Assembly (NCBI GenBank): GCA_951406725.2
Contig: OX597815.1
Span: 69,936,001-70,000,000 of the forward strand
Reading direction: 5' to 3'
Length of the DNA: 64,000 nucleotides
DNA from: Octopus vulgaris
Lineage: Eukaryota
The notes under the pieces were generated by a model. That model was given only the letters and a program-made list of their open reading frames with translations, did no database searches and was not told the DNA's origin. A program made the translations under genes and the position numbers. The stretch's first letter is position 1; the number at the start of each line of letters is the position of its first letter. Positions 13,110 through 25,593 of this stretch are shown one piece after another.

Positions 13110-13920
13110 ACCAGAGAAGAATGGGAGGAAGAAGGAAGGGGAAGAGGAAGGGTTGGATGAAAAGAAAGGAAGAACAAAGAGAAAGAAAATTCCAAATAAA
13201 ACAATAAAATAATAAAGTAAATAAGGAAAGAAAGAAGGAAAGGAAGATAGAAAGAAAGGAAGAAAGAAAACAGAAAGGGAAAGAAAGAGAGTGGGGAGAG
13301 ACTATTACGTGACTAATAGAAATAGAGTAGAATGATCGATAGATGGTTGAAGGGGAGGGGAATATAGACCGAATAAGTAGGTAAATTGAGAACAGAGGAG
13401 AGGAAACAGAAGGTGAACAATAGGAGGAGGAGGAAGGGGAGGAGAAAAACACGAAAGATAAAATAAAGGAAGAAGGGGAAGGAGAAACACGAAGGAAATC
13501 TAGTGGGGTTTAGTGTCAGAGGGAAGGGGACAGAATCGAGTAGTCCTGAGGAGTGAGTGAGAGAGGGAGAGAGAGGAGGTGGAGAGCGAGACGGAATGAG
13601 AGAGAGAAGGAGGAGGAGGAAAAGGCGGGCGGGATAGTGGGAGATCAGGAAGAAAGGAATAAAAAGCATTAGAAGGATGAAAGAGGAAGGTAAGAGGAGA
13701 TTGAGTGAAAAAAGGGAGGAGACAAAAAGAACGTGGGGGGAGACAAAAGGGAGAGAGAGAGAAATGAAGGGGAGAAATAGACGTGGAAGGCGTTGGAAGG
13801 GTGAATGCTACAGTGAGGGTGCGAAGACAGTAAGAGGAGAGTGAGTGAAAGAAGGGGCGGAGAAATTGAGAGAGAGAGAAAGAGAGAGAGAGGGGGGAGA
13901 ATGAGGGAGGGAGTAAGAAA
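13110..13920. repeat. Polypurine (GA-rich) low-complexity tract
   Basis: Direct reading; a similar tract lies at 1230-1940. Confidence 0.85.
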
Positions 13921-14222
13921 TACACAGCTAAATAGATAGACACTGGTATGTATGTGTAGGTAGTTCTATATAGATAGATGTGCAAGATGAAGAAAGGGTG
14001 AAAGGTTATGATGTATGATGTGGGTAAGTTTAATTCAAATACGCATTAGAAAAAGAAAAAAGCGATTCAAATATGTTAATTTATGTTAATTTATGAAATT
14101 AAAATCGTGTGGAATTCTGGGAACTATTAACGATTTCTGATTATGTAACAAAACTGCTGTCATGAGTGGCAGCAGATTGGTCAATATTAGTGCAGTTGAT
14201 ACAGGAGCTAATACTACTACTG

Positions 14223-14307
<85 letters not shown>

Positions 14308-14357
14308 CATACATACATACATACATACATACATACATACATACATACATACATACA
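14223..14357. repeat. Compound (AGAT)n(ACAT)n microsatellite
   Basis: Direct reading; another (AGAT)n at ~20536-20655. Confidence 0.95.
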
Positions 14358-14482
14358 TTTACTGACATATATGCATACATACTTATGTATGTACATACAT
14401 AACTACATACTATGTTATACGTATATGCATGAATACATGTGTATGTATGAATGCATGCATGTATGTATGTATATATACATAA

Positions 14483-14522
<40 letters not shown>

Positions 14523-14541
14523 GAGAGGGTACGTACGCCGC

Positions 14542-14574
<33 letters not shown>

Positions 14575-14575
14575 A

Positions 14576-14738
14576 TAAAAAATACAAACTGGGACAAGAA
14601 CGCAAAACATTTTGATGACGACACAAAAAACACGGACAGGACATTCGAAGCCTTCAATCTTCAGTCAAGAACCGGATCGAGGATGATCCGGTTCTTGACT
14701 GAAGTTTTGCGTTCTTGTCCCAGTTTATATTTTTTATA
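14576..14738. mobile_element. Nested fold-back element (Penelope-like terminus candidate)
   Basis: Outer IR AAACTGGGACAAGAACGCAAAAC/GTTTTGCGTTCTTGTCCCAGTTT; inner IR CTTCAGTCAAGAACCGGATC/GATCCGGTTCTTGACTGAAG. Confidence 0.6.
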
Positions 14739-14759
14739 CCTATATATAATCTGATGAAC

Positions 14760-15562
14760 ACGTCATAAAGATAAGAGTTACTAATAGTTTCTTGCTTTGA
14801 AAGTACGTGGTTAAGCAGGTTTCTACAATGACCTCTGTATCTCCAAGCAAACCTCGGGCTCTGAGAACATGCTTTGTTTTATTTGAAAATCAGGACGCTA
14901 GTACATGAGGTCACGAGGGAAAAAAACGAGAAGGTTGATGCAAAAATTGGAATGGTGAATAAAAACGAAAAATAAGGAAAAGAAAGGGTTACTATCTTTT
15001 ACCGTAGAAGCCATAGTTAAACTAGTTGTGGTAGAATAATTCGTCGGAGTGGGGTCCAAATTTTGCGAGAGCGCTGCTCAATCCTGAGTGAGTGGTGTCC
15101 TCCAGTTCGCCCAAAGAAATTTGTCTAAATGCTTACATTTGCTAAAGATTTCGGATCTAGAATTAAGTAGTGCGATGGAATTTTTAAATCTAAAATGAAC
15201 GTGCCAACTTTCAACTACGCATAAGTTGCATTTCTTACAACTATTTACATATGGCATGGATTCCTCTACAATTCTCCACTTGATTGTATGTGAGGTGCAG
15301 TTGGTCTTCAAACATCATACGCGGCTAGCCAACTTAGTGGCTTTACTTTTGTCGATGTGCCTCAAAGACGACCTAGTCAAGTGGGCAAGCTTCAGGGCCT
15401 CGATAGTTACAATTGAGAGTGGATCTTTGGTGATGCTAACGAGTGATAATGTTTTTCATATTGGGGCAACAGCTGTATATTTTAAACGAACGTCTGTTAA
15501 AAACCTTCGTATATTTATGCTTTACTGGGAAATGCTTATTTAAAAGAGACAGGAATGTCATG
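14760..15562 (-). mobile_element. Penelope-like retroelement 3' fragment (linker + GIY-YIG endonuclease end + 3'UTR), decayed
   Basis: FLSLLNKHFP..VFNRRSFKIYSCCPNMKNII, ATKLASRV*CLK, CKKCNLCVVE, LLNSRSEIFSKCKH motifs. Confidence 0.85.
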
Positions 15563-16279
15563 CTTATCTATCTGTGTGTATGTGTGTGTGTGTGTGTGTA
15601 TGTGTGTGCGTGCGTGCACGCGCATTAAATCGTGAATTAAAAACAACTCTAATATCCCTGCGGGATAGCGTTCTAGGGAAGCTCCCAACAAGACGCCAAG
15701 TGTTGAAGAACACCGAATTATTAGAGATGTTTTTAATTCGTAATTTATTTTTCATCAGCAAATAGACTTCACAATATTTCTATATGTCCCAGACTTGTCT
15801 TTCATCCTTTCGAGGTCGATAAATTAAGTACCAGTCAAGCACTGGAGTCGATGTAACCGACATAGCTCTTCCCCACCCCCAAATTTCAAATCTTGTTCCT
15901 GTAGTAGAAAGGATTATTATTATTATTTCCTATTATTTGGTTCGTATTCCGCTCACCAGCCAATCCTGTGGTTGATGACACGCGTCGTACTACACCAGAT
16001 ACTGGAGAGGAATGTGAAACCAGCCCGATTTTTGGTGACATGTTGCACTTTGCAGTGCCTCCTTTTTTAATGATAAATGTGTGTGTGTGTATACATATGT
16101 ATAAAAATGTGCGTGGAATGAAGCTTGCATCCCAACCACATGGTTCCGGGTTCAGTCCCACCGCGCGGCAATTTTGGCAAGTGTCTCCTACTATAGGGCC
16201 AACCAAAGCCTTGTGAGTGGATTTGGTAGACGGAAACTGAAAGAAGCCCATCGTATATATATATATATACACGCACACA

Positions 16280-16351
<72 letters not shown>

Positions 16352-16555
16352 GCCCCCACCACCGTTGACAACCAGTGTTTACGCTCCCTGTAATTTAGCT
16401 GTTCAGCTAAGAGACCAATATAATAAGTGTCATGCTTTAAAAGAATCTTGGGGTCGATTTGTTCGAGTAGAAACCCTTCAAGGCGGTGTTCCAGCACGTC
16501 GCAGCCAAATGACTGAAACAAGTAAAAGAATAAAAGATACATATGCACATACATG

Positions 16556-16637
<82 letters not shown>

Positions 16638-16859
16638 CACACGCACGCACACGCTGAATACTATATGATACCAGAATTTAAAGCATCGTTGATAAAACGT
16701 CTCTCTTACAAACAGCTATGACATGACAACTCAACACCACCCACCTAATAACAACAAACAAGGGCTTACTGTTCATAGTGTTGTCCTAAATATTGCCTTA
16801 TATCTCACAGAAACCGAGGACCACCAAAATAAATTTTTTGAAAAAACCACACTCTAAAG

Positions 16860-16907
<48 letters not shown>

Positions 16908-17232
16908 AAAATAAAGAAAGGTGTTAGCTAAAATTTCAAGTAAATAAACGCGATATGAACACGTGTTTATTTATATGTAAAGAGTTCAAATGTGGACGAT
17001 AGTGTTCCACTTAATGCCATTAGCATTGGATTTCACATTTTGTGGGGCTCACAGATACTTCCTTTAATAAACGTAAAGATAAGGAAACCCTTGTGGGCTG
17101 CTATGTGCATTTGGTTGACGTATCAAATATCTGGGCACGAAAGTGGTTACCAGTGAAATATCTTGAGTTTTAGGACAATAACGATTGTACTTCATTTCGA
17201 TTCGAAAGAGACTTTAAGCTATTTTGAACGTT

Positions 17233-17304
<72 letters not shown>

Positions 17305-17389
17305 AGCGTGTGAGCGTGTGCGTGCGTCCTGTGCGTGTGTTTTCGTGCGTGTTCGTGCGTGTGCGTGCGTGTTCATGCGTGTGTGTGTA

Positions 17390-17449
<60 letters not shown>

Positions 17450-17769
17450 CATGCGTGTGGGTGTTCGTGAGCTGCGCGTGCGCGTGTATGTGAGTATGTA
17501 TGTGCCTTTTATTCTTTTATACTTTTACTTGTTTCAGTCATTTGACATATATCGTAATTACCGTTGTATGAAAATGTGGCGTTTTTTATTTAATGAATGA
17601 AAACTACATTTTTTTACCTTTCTGATGAGGTATGGAACTTTAATAAGATACCGTCCAAACACCAAATACAGTCTCAAGAGAACCTTTCCAACCAGCCAGC
17701 CAATAATTCTTTCCATCTGCTATTTCTAAGAGGGTTGTAGGTGTAGGGTCCTCAGGCACTTCTTCCATA

Positions 17770-18830
17770 GGATCCTAACAGAAGCAACCGTTATTTATAA
17801 TTTCCGGCAGGATTCCCAAGCATGACCATCTGAGACTATGGATATTATCTAACCATTTCGTTTTTGGCCTACTTCTAGGTCCCTTGGCAGTTGGCTTGGC
17901 TTGAAGAATCTGTCTTGCGATTTTTTTTCCTTTAACATTCTTATCACATGTCCATAATACCGGAGCTGTGTCCTCTCAACGCAGAGAAGTAGCAGCTATA
18001 GCTGGAGAGACATCCTGGTCTTCGAGCTATGCACCCTGTCGAGTAACGTTCGTCCTGGGAGTCCTCGGAAGACCATCATTTTGATCGTTTCGGAGGAACA
18101 CCATTTTGGTCGCTTCGGAAGAACCCCATTTTGGTGGTACTTTTTCCGGTCAGTATTCAACGCTCATGACCTTAGGTGAGGATAGACACGAAAACCGACT
18201 TCAAGATAGCGAGTTTGTCTTTTTCTTTTTACCAACCTCTTCTCTTCTGAGAATGGAATACTGGGGTGTGCATAACTGTAGCAGCACCTGCAATTCTAGC
18301 ATCCAATTCAACCTTTGTTTCCCGTCACTCGTGACTACGATCCTAAGTAACTTAATCTTCTCTATTTCGCTGTGATGTGCCATTAACATGCAGAGTGCAC
18401 TGCGAAGACTTTTTTCAGAGGTGTAACGTCTCAGCGTGAAAGCGCGTGGCTTAGTGGTTAGAGTGTTCGGCTCACGATCATAAAGTCGTGAGTTCAATTC
18501 CTGGTGATGCGTTGTATCCTTGAGCGAAGCACTTTATTTTACGTTGCTCCAGTCCACTCAGCTGGCAAAAATGAGTAGTGCCTTTATTTCAAAGGGCTAG
18601 CCTTGTTACACTCTGTGTCACGCTGAATCTCCCTGGGAACTACGTTAAGGGTACACGTGTCTGTGGAGTGCTCAACCACTTGCATGTTAATTTCAGGAGC
18701 CGGTTGTTCCTTTGATCGGATCAACTGGAACCTTCGTCATCCTAACCGACAGAGTGCTAATCCCTGCCTTGCAACACTCGGCAGCGAACTCATGCCGGAG
18801 ATCCCATTTCGATGAACCAAGTTGTATCCC
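17770..18830 (-). mobile_element. RTE-clade LINE fragment, interrupted by a SINE
   Basis: FAAECCKAG, VVTSDGK, SVFVSILT*GHE, LRYYGHVIRM, RPKTKW motifs with frameshifts. Confidence 0.8.
18440..18760 (+). mobile_element. tRNA-derived SINE family C
   Basis: TGGCTTAGTGG A box, GAGTTCAATTCC B box, CCAGTCCACTCAGCTG; related copies near 26285-26610, 55440-55635, 57440-57770, 12630-12860, 62210-62480 (+) and 11050-11330, 12870-13100 (-). Confidence 0.85.
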
Positions 18831-19141
18831 ACTGTAATATACTAATTCAATACCCACAAAATATAACAATTATTGAGCAGTTTCTGGCGTATGCGTCTGT
18901 TTGCTAATATCTAAGACAGCAATCCGTTTCTCTCTCGTGAAGTTTTAAAGGCGCAGCCGACAAGAGCGAATGATGGAATCAACACTTCACACTCATGCAT
19001 TAAATATAACATTACATGCGAAGACACTTGAAAGGAACACAAAACTTATCTATGACATAACAGATAACTGACTCAGAATCATGACCGAGACCTTGCTTAT
19101 CAAAACAATTTAAGCCAACCACAGATTTTTACTATCATTAT

Positions 19142-19176
<35 letters not shown>

Positions 19177-19299
19177 CGCGCATTTGTTCAGAATATGGCA
19201 ATAATAAAATTTGCGGTGTTTATTTTTGGGGAGATATATTGTTATATACTGTTACGTATTAATGTGAATACGTGTTCGCACGTAGGTATGTGTGAATGT

Positions 19300-19339
<40 letters not shown>

Positions 19340-19351
<12 letters not shown>

Positions 19352-19560
19352 CCAATTAAGGACTGAACACGAAAAGTGGACAGTCAACATGCTAGATATA
19401 GACGTCAAATCGCCATTCTCCACAAAAGATTATGTTCTCAAATCAAACTCAGTTTGATTTGAGAACATAATCTTTTGTGGAGAATGGCGATTTGACGTCT
19501 ATATCTAGCATGTTGACTGTCCATTTTTCGTGTTCAGTCCTTAATTGGTATATATAAATA
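19340..19560. repeat. Near-perfect palindrome (~110 bp arms, 1-nt centre at 19450)
   Basis: Arms 19340-19449 / 19451-19560; one mismatch found by eye. Confidence 0.95.
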
Positions 19561-19755
19561 TTTTAATCTTCGGATTCTTTTTTAATATGCTAGACCACTG
19601 GTTTTAATTGATAAATATCAATTTCTACCCTTAATTAATTTTATATATATATATAGTTTATGAGTAACAATGAAGGGTGAAATTAATTAATTTGGAACAA
19701 TTATCAATTACACCAAGTAGTCTTCGGCATGTAAAAGCCTCATTCGAGGAAAATT

Positions 19756-20086
19756 TAAGTAATACTAAGCAATTAAGGGTTTAGCAACGAATTGCCTTAC
19801 CACACACCGAATTTAGAAATAGCAGTCAAAGAGGTTATAGCTATTTCTTCTACTAAAGGAGATCACAGTAAAGGCACAGCATTTGAAAGGCAAACACAAA
19901 CAGGTAAGAGAGAATGAATTAACGGCAATCTATCATACAGTGGTGTTTGCCTTTCAAATGCTGTGCCTTTACTGTGATCTCCCTTTTAGTAGAAGAAATA
20001 GCTATAACCTCTTTGACTGCTATTTCTAAATTCGGTGTGTGGTAAGGCAATTCGTTGCTAAACCCTTTATTGCTTAGTATTACTTA
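19756..20086. repeat. Long inverted repeat (~142 bp arms, 45 bp spacer)
   Basis: 19756-19897 / 19943-20086, few mismatches; followed by (TA)n. Confidence 0.95.
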
Positions 20087-20122
20087 TATATATATATATA
20101 TACATATATGTACACAGATATA

Positions 20123-20182
<60 letters not shown>

Positions 20183-20534
20183 TATATATATGTATATTAT
20201 ATATACATACATATATACACACATATATATATACATATATATATATATGTATGTATGTATGTATGTACCTATCTATCTATCTATCTTTCTATTAATATGT
20301 AAGTATGCATGTAACTTTGTGCGCGTATATAGCTATGTAGTGTGTTCCTTTATGTAATTTTCTTCGTGGGTGGTTGCAGGAACGATAAATAATTTGACTG
20401 CACGCTGCGATAAGAGGCACTGGATGACTAGTGCGCGAGTTTGTAAGTAAATCATTATGGTTTGAAAGAATTTGGACGCAGTGTATGCTACTTAAAAGAA
20501 TCTGCTATCATGCAGCAGTTTCATGTACATGAAT

Positions 20535-20655
<121 letters not shown>

Positions 20656-21104
20656 CAGACAGGCAGGCAGACAGGCAGACAGATAGATAGGCAGATAGGC
20701 AGACAGATAGATAGATATTTCATCACAATTTTAAAGTACACAGAGTCCTCACTTATAACAAAACAGTAAACTTCATTCCGTCACTGCATTTTAAACTCGT
20801 AACGACTATTCTAGAACACATAATGAATGTTGTCTGTCTCTAAAGATAGCTACGGAAATATGCCGAAGATGCAAGCCATTTGGCCTTTATAGTTTAGAAA
20901 CATCAACAAGTCTTCCTCTCTGATCTGGTGAGACGTTAGAATGTTTGAAACACATAATGGAAAAAAGATTAAAGCTATTTAGCCCGTCATGTATTTAACC
21001 AGACTTGAATAATGAAGAGATGGAGCCATATTATATGCAAGTATACGATTTGTATGTGTGTGTATACACACACCTACATATAAGCATACATAAATATATA
21101 TTTA

Positions 21105-21140
<36 letters not shown>

Positions 21141-21231
21141 CACACATACATGCATACATATATATATACACACATACATACATACATACATATGTATGTA
21201 TGTTATTTTCTAATAATTAATTGCATTAGCC

Positions 21232-22408
21232 ATGGGTCCTAAGAAGGTTAATGCTAGGGACAGTGCTGAGAAGAAAAAACTGATTACGATAGAATTGATG
21301 AAGGAAATCATTAATAAAAATGAGAGAGGAGTGCGTGTAGTGGACATAGCACGTCAATACGACCAGAGCACGTCGACGATCTGCACCATCCTGAAGAAAA
21401 AGGACGATATCAAGGCCGTGACAACAGCAAAGGCTGTCTCCAGGCTCTCTAAGCAACGCACATCTGTCCACGCAGAGATGGAAAAATTGCTTCTCCTGTG
21501 GATCATAGATAAGCAAGTGGTAGGGAATTCGGGTACAGAGACCATCATGCGCAAGAAAGCACCAGGGTTGTATGGGAATCTCCTGAATCAGAACCCTGGA
21601 ACATCAATGGAGGAGACATTAGCAGACGCATTTAAGGCCAGTTGCGGCTGGTTCGATAATTTCAAGAAGAGGACTGGTGTTCATGGAGTCGTCAGGTATG
21701 GAGAAGCAGCGAGTTCTGACACAAAGGCAGCTGAGGATTTCGTACGTGAATTCCGTCAGCTCATCGCAGCTGAGTGGTACATCGTACAACAGATATTAAA
21801 CTGTGATGAAACTTGGAAATTCTTCACCGTGTGGGTCAACCTTGTCTTTGGACCAGCAGTGAAAAAGTACCTTCTGGAGAACGATCTTCCTCTCAAGGCC
21901 CTCCTTGTCCTCGACAATGCTCCTGCTTACCCTCCTAACCTCGAAAATATTCTGGAGGAATTTGAATTTACAAAAAGTCTGTACCTTTCACGCAACACTA
22001 CCCCTACCTTGCAGCCTAATGGACCAATAGTTGATTTCTAACTTCAAGAAATTCTATACCAAACACGTTTCGTCGGTGCTTTGAAGTCACCGTAATTACA
22101 AGTCTAACCCTTCGTGAGTTTTGGAAGGTGCACTACAACATAGTTAACTGCCTGAAAATCATCGATATGACCTGGCAGGATGTAACGAGGAGAACGCTCA
22201 ATTCTGCATGTTGGAAGCTGCGGTCTGACTATGTATCCGAAAGAGATTTCGAACGGTTTGAGTCTGAGACACTTGTAGTCGAGGGAATAGTGTCTCTTGG
22301 CAAGTCCATGGGCCTCGAGGTTGACGTAGGAGATATTAACGATCTCGTCGAAGAACACTCTGAAGAGCTTACGACAGATGAACTCCTACAGTATCAGAAG
22401 CAGCAGCA
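21232..22408 (+). pseudogene. Tigger/pogo-family transposase, internally deleted and frameshifted
   Basis: N-terminal HTH (MGPKK...DIARQY..STICTILK), CENP-B HTH (FKASCGWFDNFKKR), NCDET, LLVLDNAPAY; frame shifts near 22020-22070. Confidence 0.9.
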
Positions 22409-23113
22409 TGTGTATATATGTGTATACATATATACACATATTATACGCATTAATTATTACATGCTAAACTTCAGAAAAATCTTTCACAATTTTAGTGTTC
22501 ATTTTACAGACCTTATTTGTAAAATTCATGTGAACACACCGTTTTTTGTTTTGTTTAGTTTTGTTTTGCTATGTTGTTGTTGTATTTTTTGTTTGTTTTG
22601 GGGTTGTTGTTTTTACCTGAAAATCCTAGCTTTTTCAAGCTGTCACTTAACATATCCAGTTGCTCCAACAATTATGCTAATTAAAATAATCGTGGTTATT
22701 TTAGTCCCAGCTTTCAACCCAGTTATGGCAAACCGCGGGTTCGTCCACTTTATCCAATGCTACCGAGTGGGCAGATCTGCAGCTTCAATAGCATAATTTA
22801 ACAACAGTAACAATCATTTCTACTGCAGGCATAAGCACGGAAATTCTGTGGGAGGATGTATGTCACATACATCGCTCCAGGGGTCGATTAAATAAGTACC
22901 AGTTACGCACTGGGGTCGATATAATCGACTTAATCCGTTTGTCTGTCCTTGTTTGTCTCCTCTGTGTTTAGCCCCTTGTGGGTAGTAAAGAAACAGGTAC
23001 TTATTTCCTCGGCTTCGAAAGAATGAAAGGAAAATTTGAACGGCTGAATTTGAACGTAAAGACAGACGAAATGCTGCTAAGCATTTTGTTCGAGGTGCTA
23101 ATAACAACAACAC

Positions 23114-23273
<160 letters not shown>

Positions 23274-23832
23274 GGCTTTCATGGCTTTTGATCTTAACTG
23301 GTTGAAAGTATTATCATGCACATTGTTTTGTCTGGGTATAAAGAGCAAATATTCTGCTCAATACTACAGATTTGCTTGTCATTTGCTTGACCATAACCAG
23401 TTGAGCATGTCTCAATGGCTGACGATAAGTACATCTCTGATCACGAGCAGAAGTAGTGTGGGGACATCATAGCCATATACTGAGAGGAATTATTTGGGGC
23501 TTAAATAATTCACCTTTGGAAACATGGGTATTTTGTTCATCATCTTTAAACAAACCTTATGCAAGGATCTTTTGAGCTGCTCGACTTGAAAAAAAATCTA
23601 AGTAGGCCTGAAGAAAATTCTAAGTGGACCCCACCTCCAAGGTCACACGCTGTTTATCTTGATATGAGAACACCATGTCACGTACATATAGTTGTGATGC
23701 ATGTGCATGGTGTATCCATATCAGACGGGTAGTCATGATGGGTATATTGGGCTTCGTATATTTGTACCCCAGTGTCGCTACACACACACACACTCTCTCT
23801 CTCTCTCTCATGATAACAGTCATCTGTTATCA

Positions 23833-24329
23833 AATTTAATGCAAATACATCGTGAAAAGACGTATTAACTGTAGTATTCATGCGGAGATAATATCGCTAT
23901 TGGACGTACTTTGTTTAAAAACACAACTATTTCAGTAGCAGACGAAAATCGTTCAGCAGCGACGGTGGGGAGGATAGGTGTACATTTCTGCTTCGTTGGG
24001 TTTTGTCAGTAGCATGTATTTACTGCCAACCGCCTGCCAGGACAAAATATATTACTATAGATATAGGAAAACAGTGATTAAAAAATTACTGGCGTTGCAA
24101 TTAACCACCAAGCGACGGATTTTGTCTTAGCATGCAGTTGGCAGTGCGTACATGTTATTGATGATGCTCAATGACGCAGAAATGTGCGTCTAGCATTATC
24201 ACCGCCGCTGCTGAATGATTTTCGTCTGCTACTGAGGTATTTGTGTTTTTAAACACAGTATGCCCATAAAAGATGTTATCTCCGAGCGAATACCGCAATT
24301 AATATGCCTTTTCGCGTTCTGCATTAAGT
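23833..24329. mobile_element. MITE-like element with ~130 bp degenerate terminal inverted repeats
   Basis: CAGTAGCAGACGAAAATCGTTCAGCAGCG / CGCTGCTGAATGATTTTCGTCTGCTACTG, extending outwards. Confidence 0.7.
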
Positions 24330-25085
24330 AGATACACATATGGCTATATCATTCCAATGCTGTTTCTGTCGTATATAAAGGAATAATAGTAATATTTAAT
24401 AGAAAACAGTTGAAAACGTCTGGGAAATGATTAGGGGTATTTGATTTGTCTCTTTTACGTTCCACTGAGCTCGCTCGCCCGTTCGCGCGCGAGTGTATGT
24501 GTTCACTTCCAAAAGTGCTGTTGCCAAAACAAACTGAATCTCCAGTCAGTTGTATCAAATCATGAACGACACCTGACGTATGGCACACTATACACCTCTC
24601 CAGGCAACGTCGATTTGATGGAGGGAGTGAGCTAGTGTACAGCACATACATTTGGTCACTATAAACAAATCATTTGTGCAGATAGTCCGGCAAAATCTGA
24701 ACACTCACAAGTCGTCTACGACGTAAGAATCCTTCGTTGTGTGTGTGTGTGTGTGTGTGTTTATGTATTAAACAAATGGGTAGATTTATGAAGTGGGGAA
24801 ATTATTGTGTAACTATTTAGCACGGACTAACCAGTGTGAAGTAGACAAATGATCAAAGATGATTTAGCCGTGACCATCCTATATTCTATTATTTATAATT
24901 AGGCAAGTTAGGAGAACCGTTGTCGCATCGGACAGACTACTCAACTGGGACGTAAACAAATCAACACCGGTTAACAGGTGGTGAGGGTGACAAACACACA
25001 CGCATACATATACAAACATACACATACATACATACATACATACATACATACATACATACATACATACATACATACATACATACAT

Positions 25086-25150
<65 letters not shown>

Positions 25151-25162
25151 CATACACGCGCG

Positions 25163-25198
<36 letters not shown>

Positions 25199-25199
<1 letters not shown>

Positions 25200-25593
25200 T
25201 AGCAGTATCGCCCGGCGTTGCTCGGGTTTGTAAGGGAAATAACTATATAAGCATTTTTAGAGAGTTATAGCCAAAAAATAGCAAAAAAATGCATTAAAAA
25301 TGGAAAAAATTATGGTAAATGTATTTTTAAATCGTTGACGCATCGTAGACATTTTTAGAGAGTTACTTCCCTTATATAATAGGGAAAAAATGCATTAAAA
25401 TGGAAAAAAATGATGGTAAATTTTTTTTTAATCGTAGACTCATCGTAGACGCGCGCTAATACCCAGAAGGGCTCGATATTAATCACGACTATAAGATACC
25501 CGCTTTTGGTTACACTGCACCGCAAAATGAGGGAGTAGTTAGGAATCTAAATCGTAGGAGAAAGACACACAACTTCACTTTTATATATAAAGA
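25199..25593 (-). mobile_element. Non-autonomous Helitron
   Basis: Minus strand starts TC(TTTATATATAAAA), ends in hairpin CCCG-agcaacgc-CGGG then CTAG, inserted between A and T; carries an internal tandem duplication. Confidence 0.85.

Noticed and set aside
15313-15320. In-frame TGA in the Penelope-like ORF as possible selenocysteine
   Set aside because: It aligns to Trp (YVW) in the 27.7 kb copy, so it is TGG>TGA decay.
17622-17660. CTGATGA followed by a GGTAT/ATACC stem; also CTGATGA at ~8566 and 14751
   Set aside because: No GAAA box follows; insufficient to call a hammerhead.
18765-18832. AAECCKAG peptide resembling an insulin A-chain
   Set aside because: Better explained as the RTE reverse-transcriptase segment contiguous with the LINE remnant.
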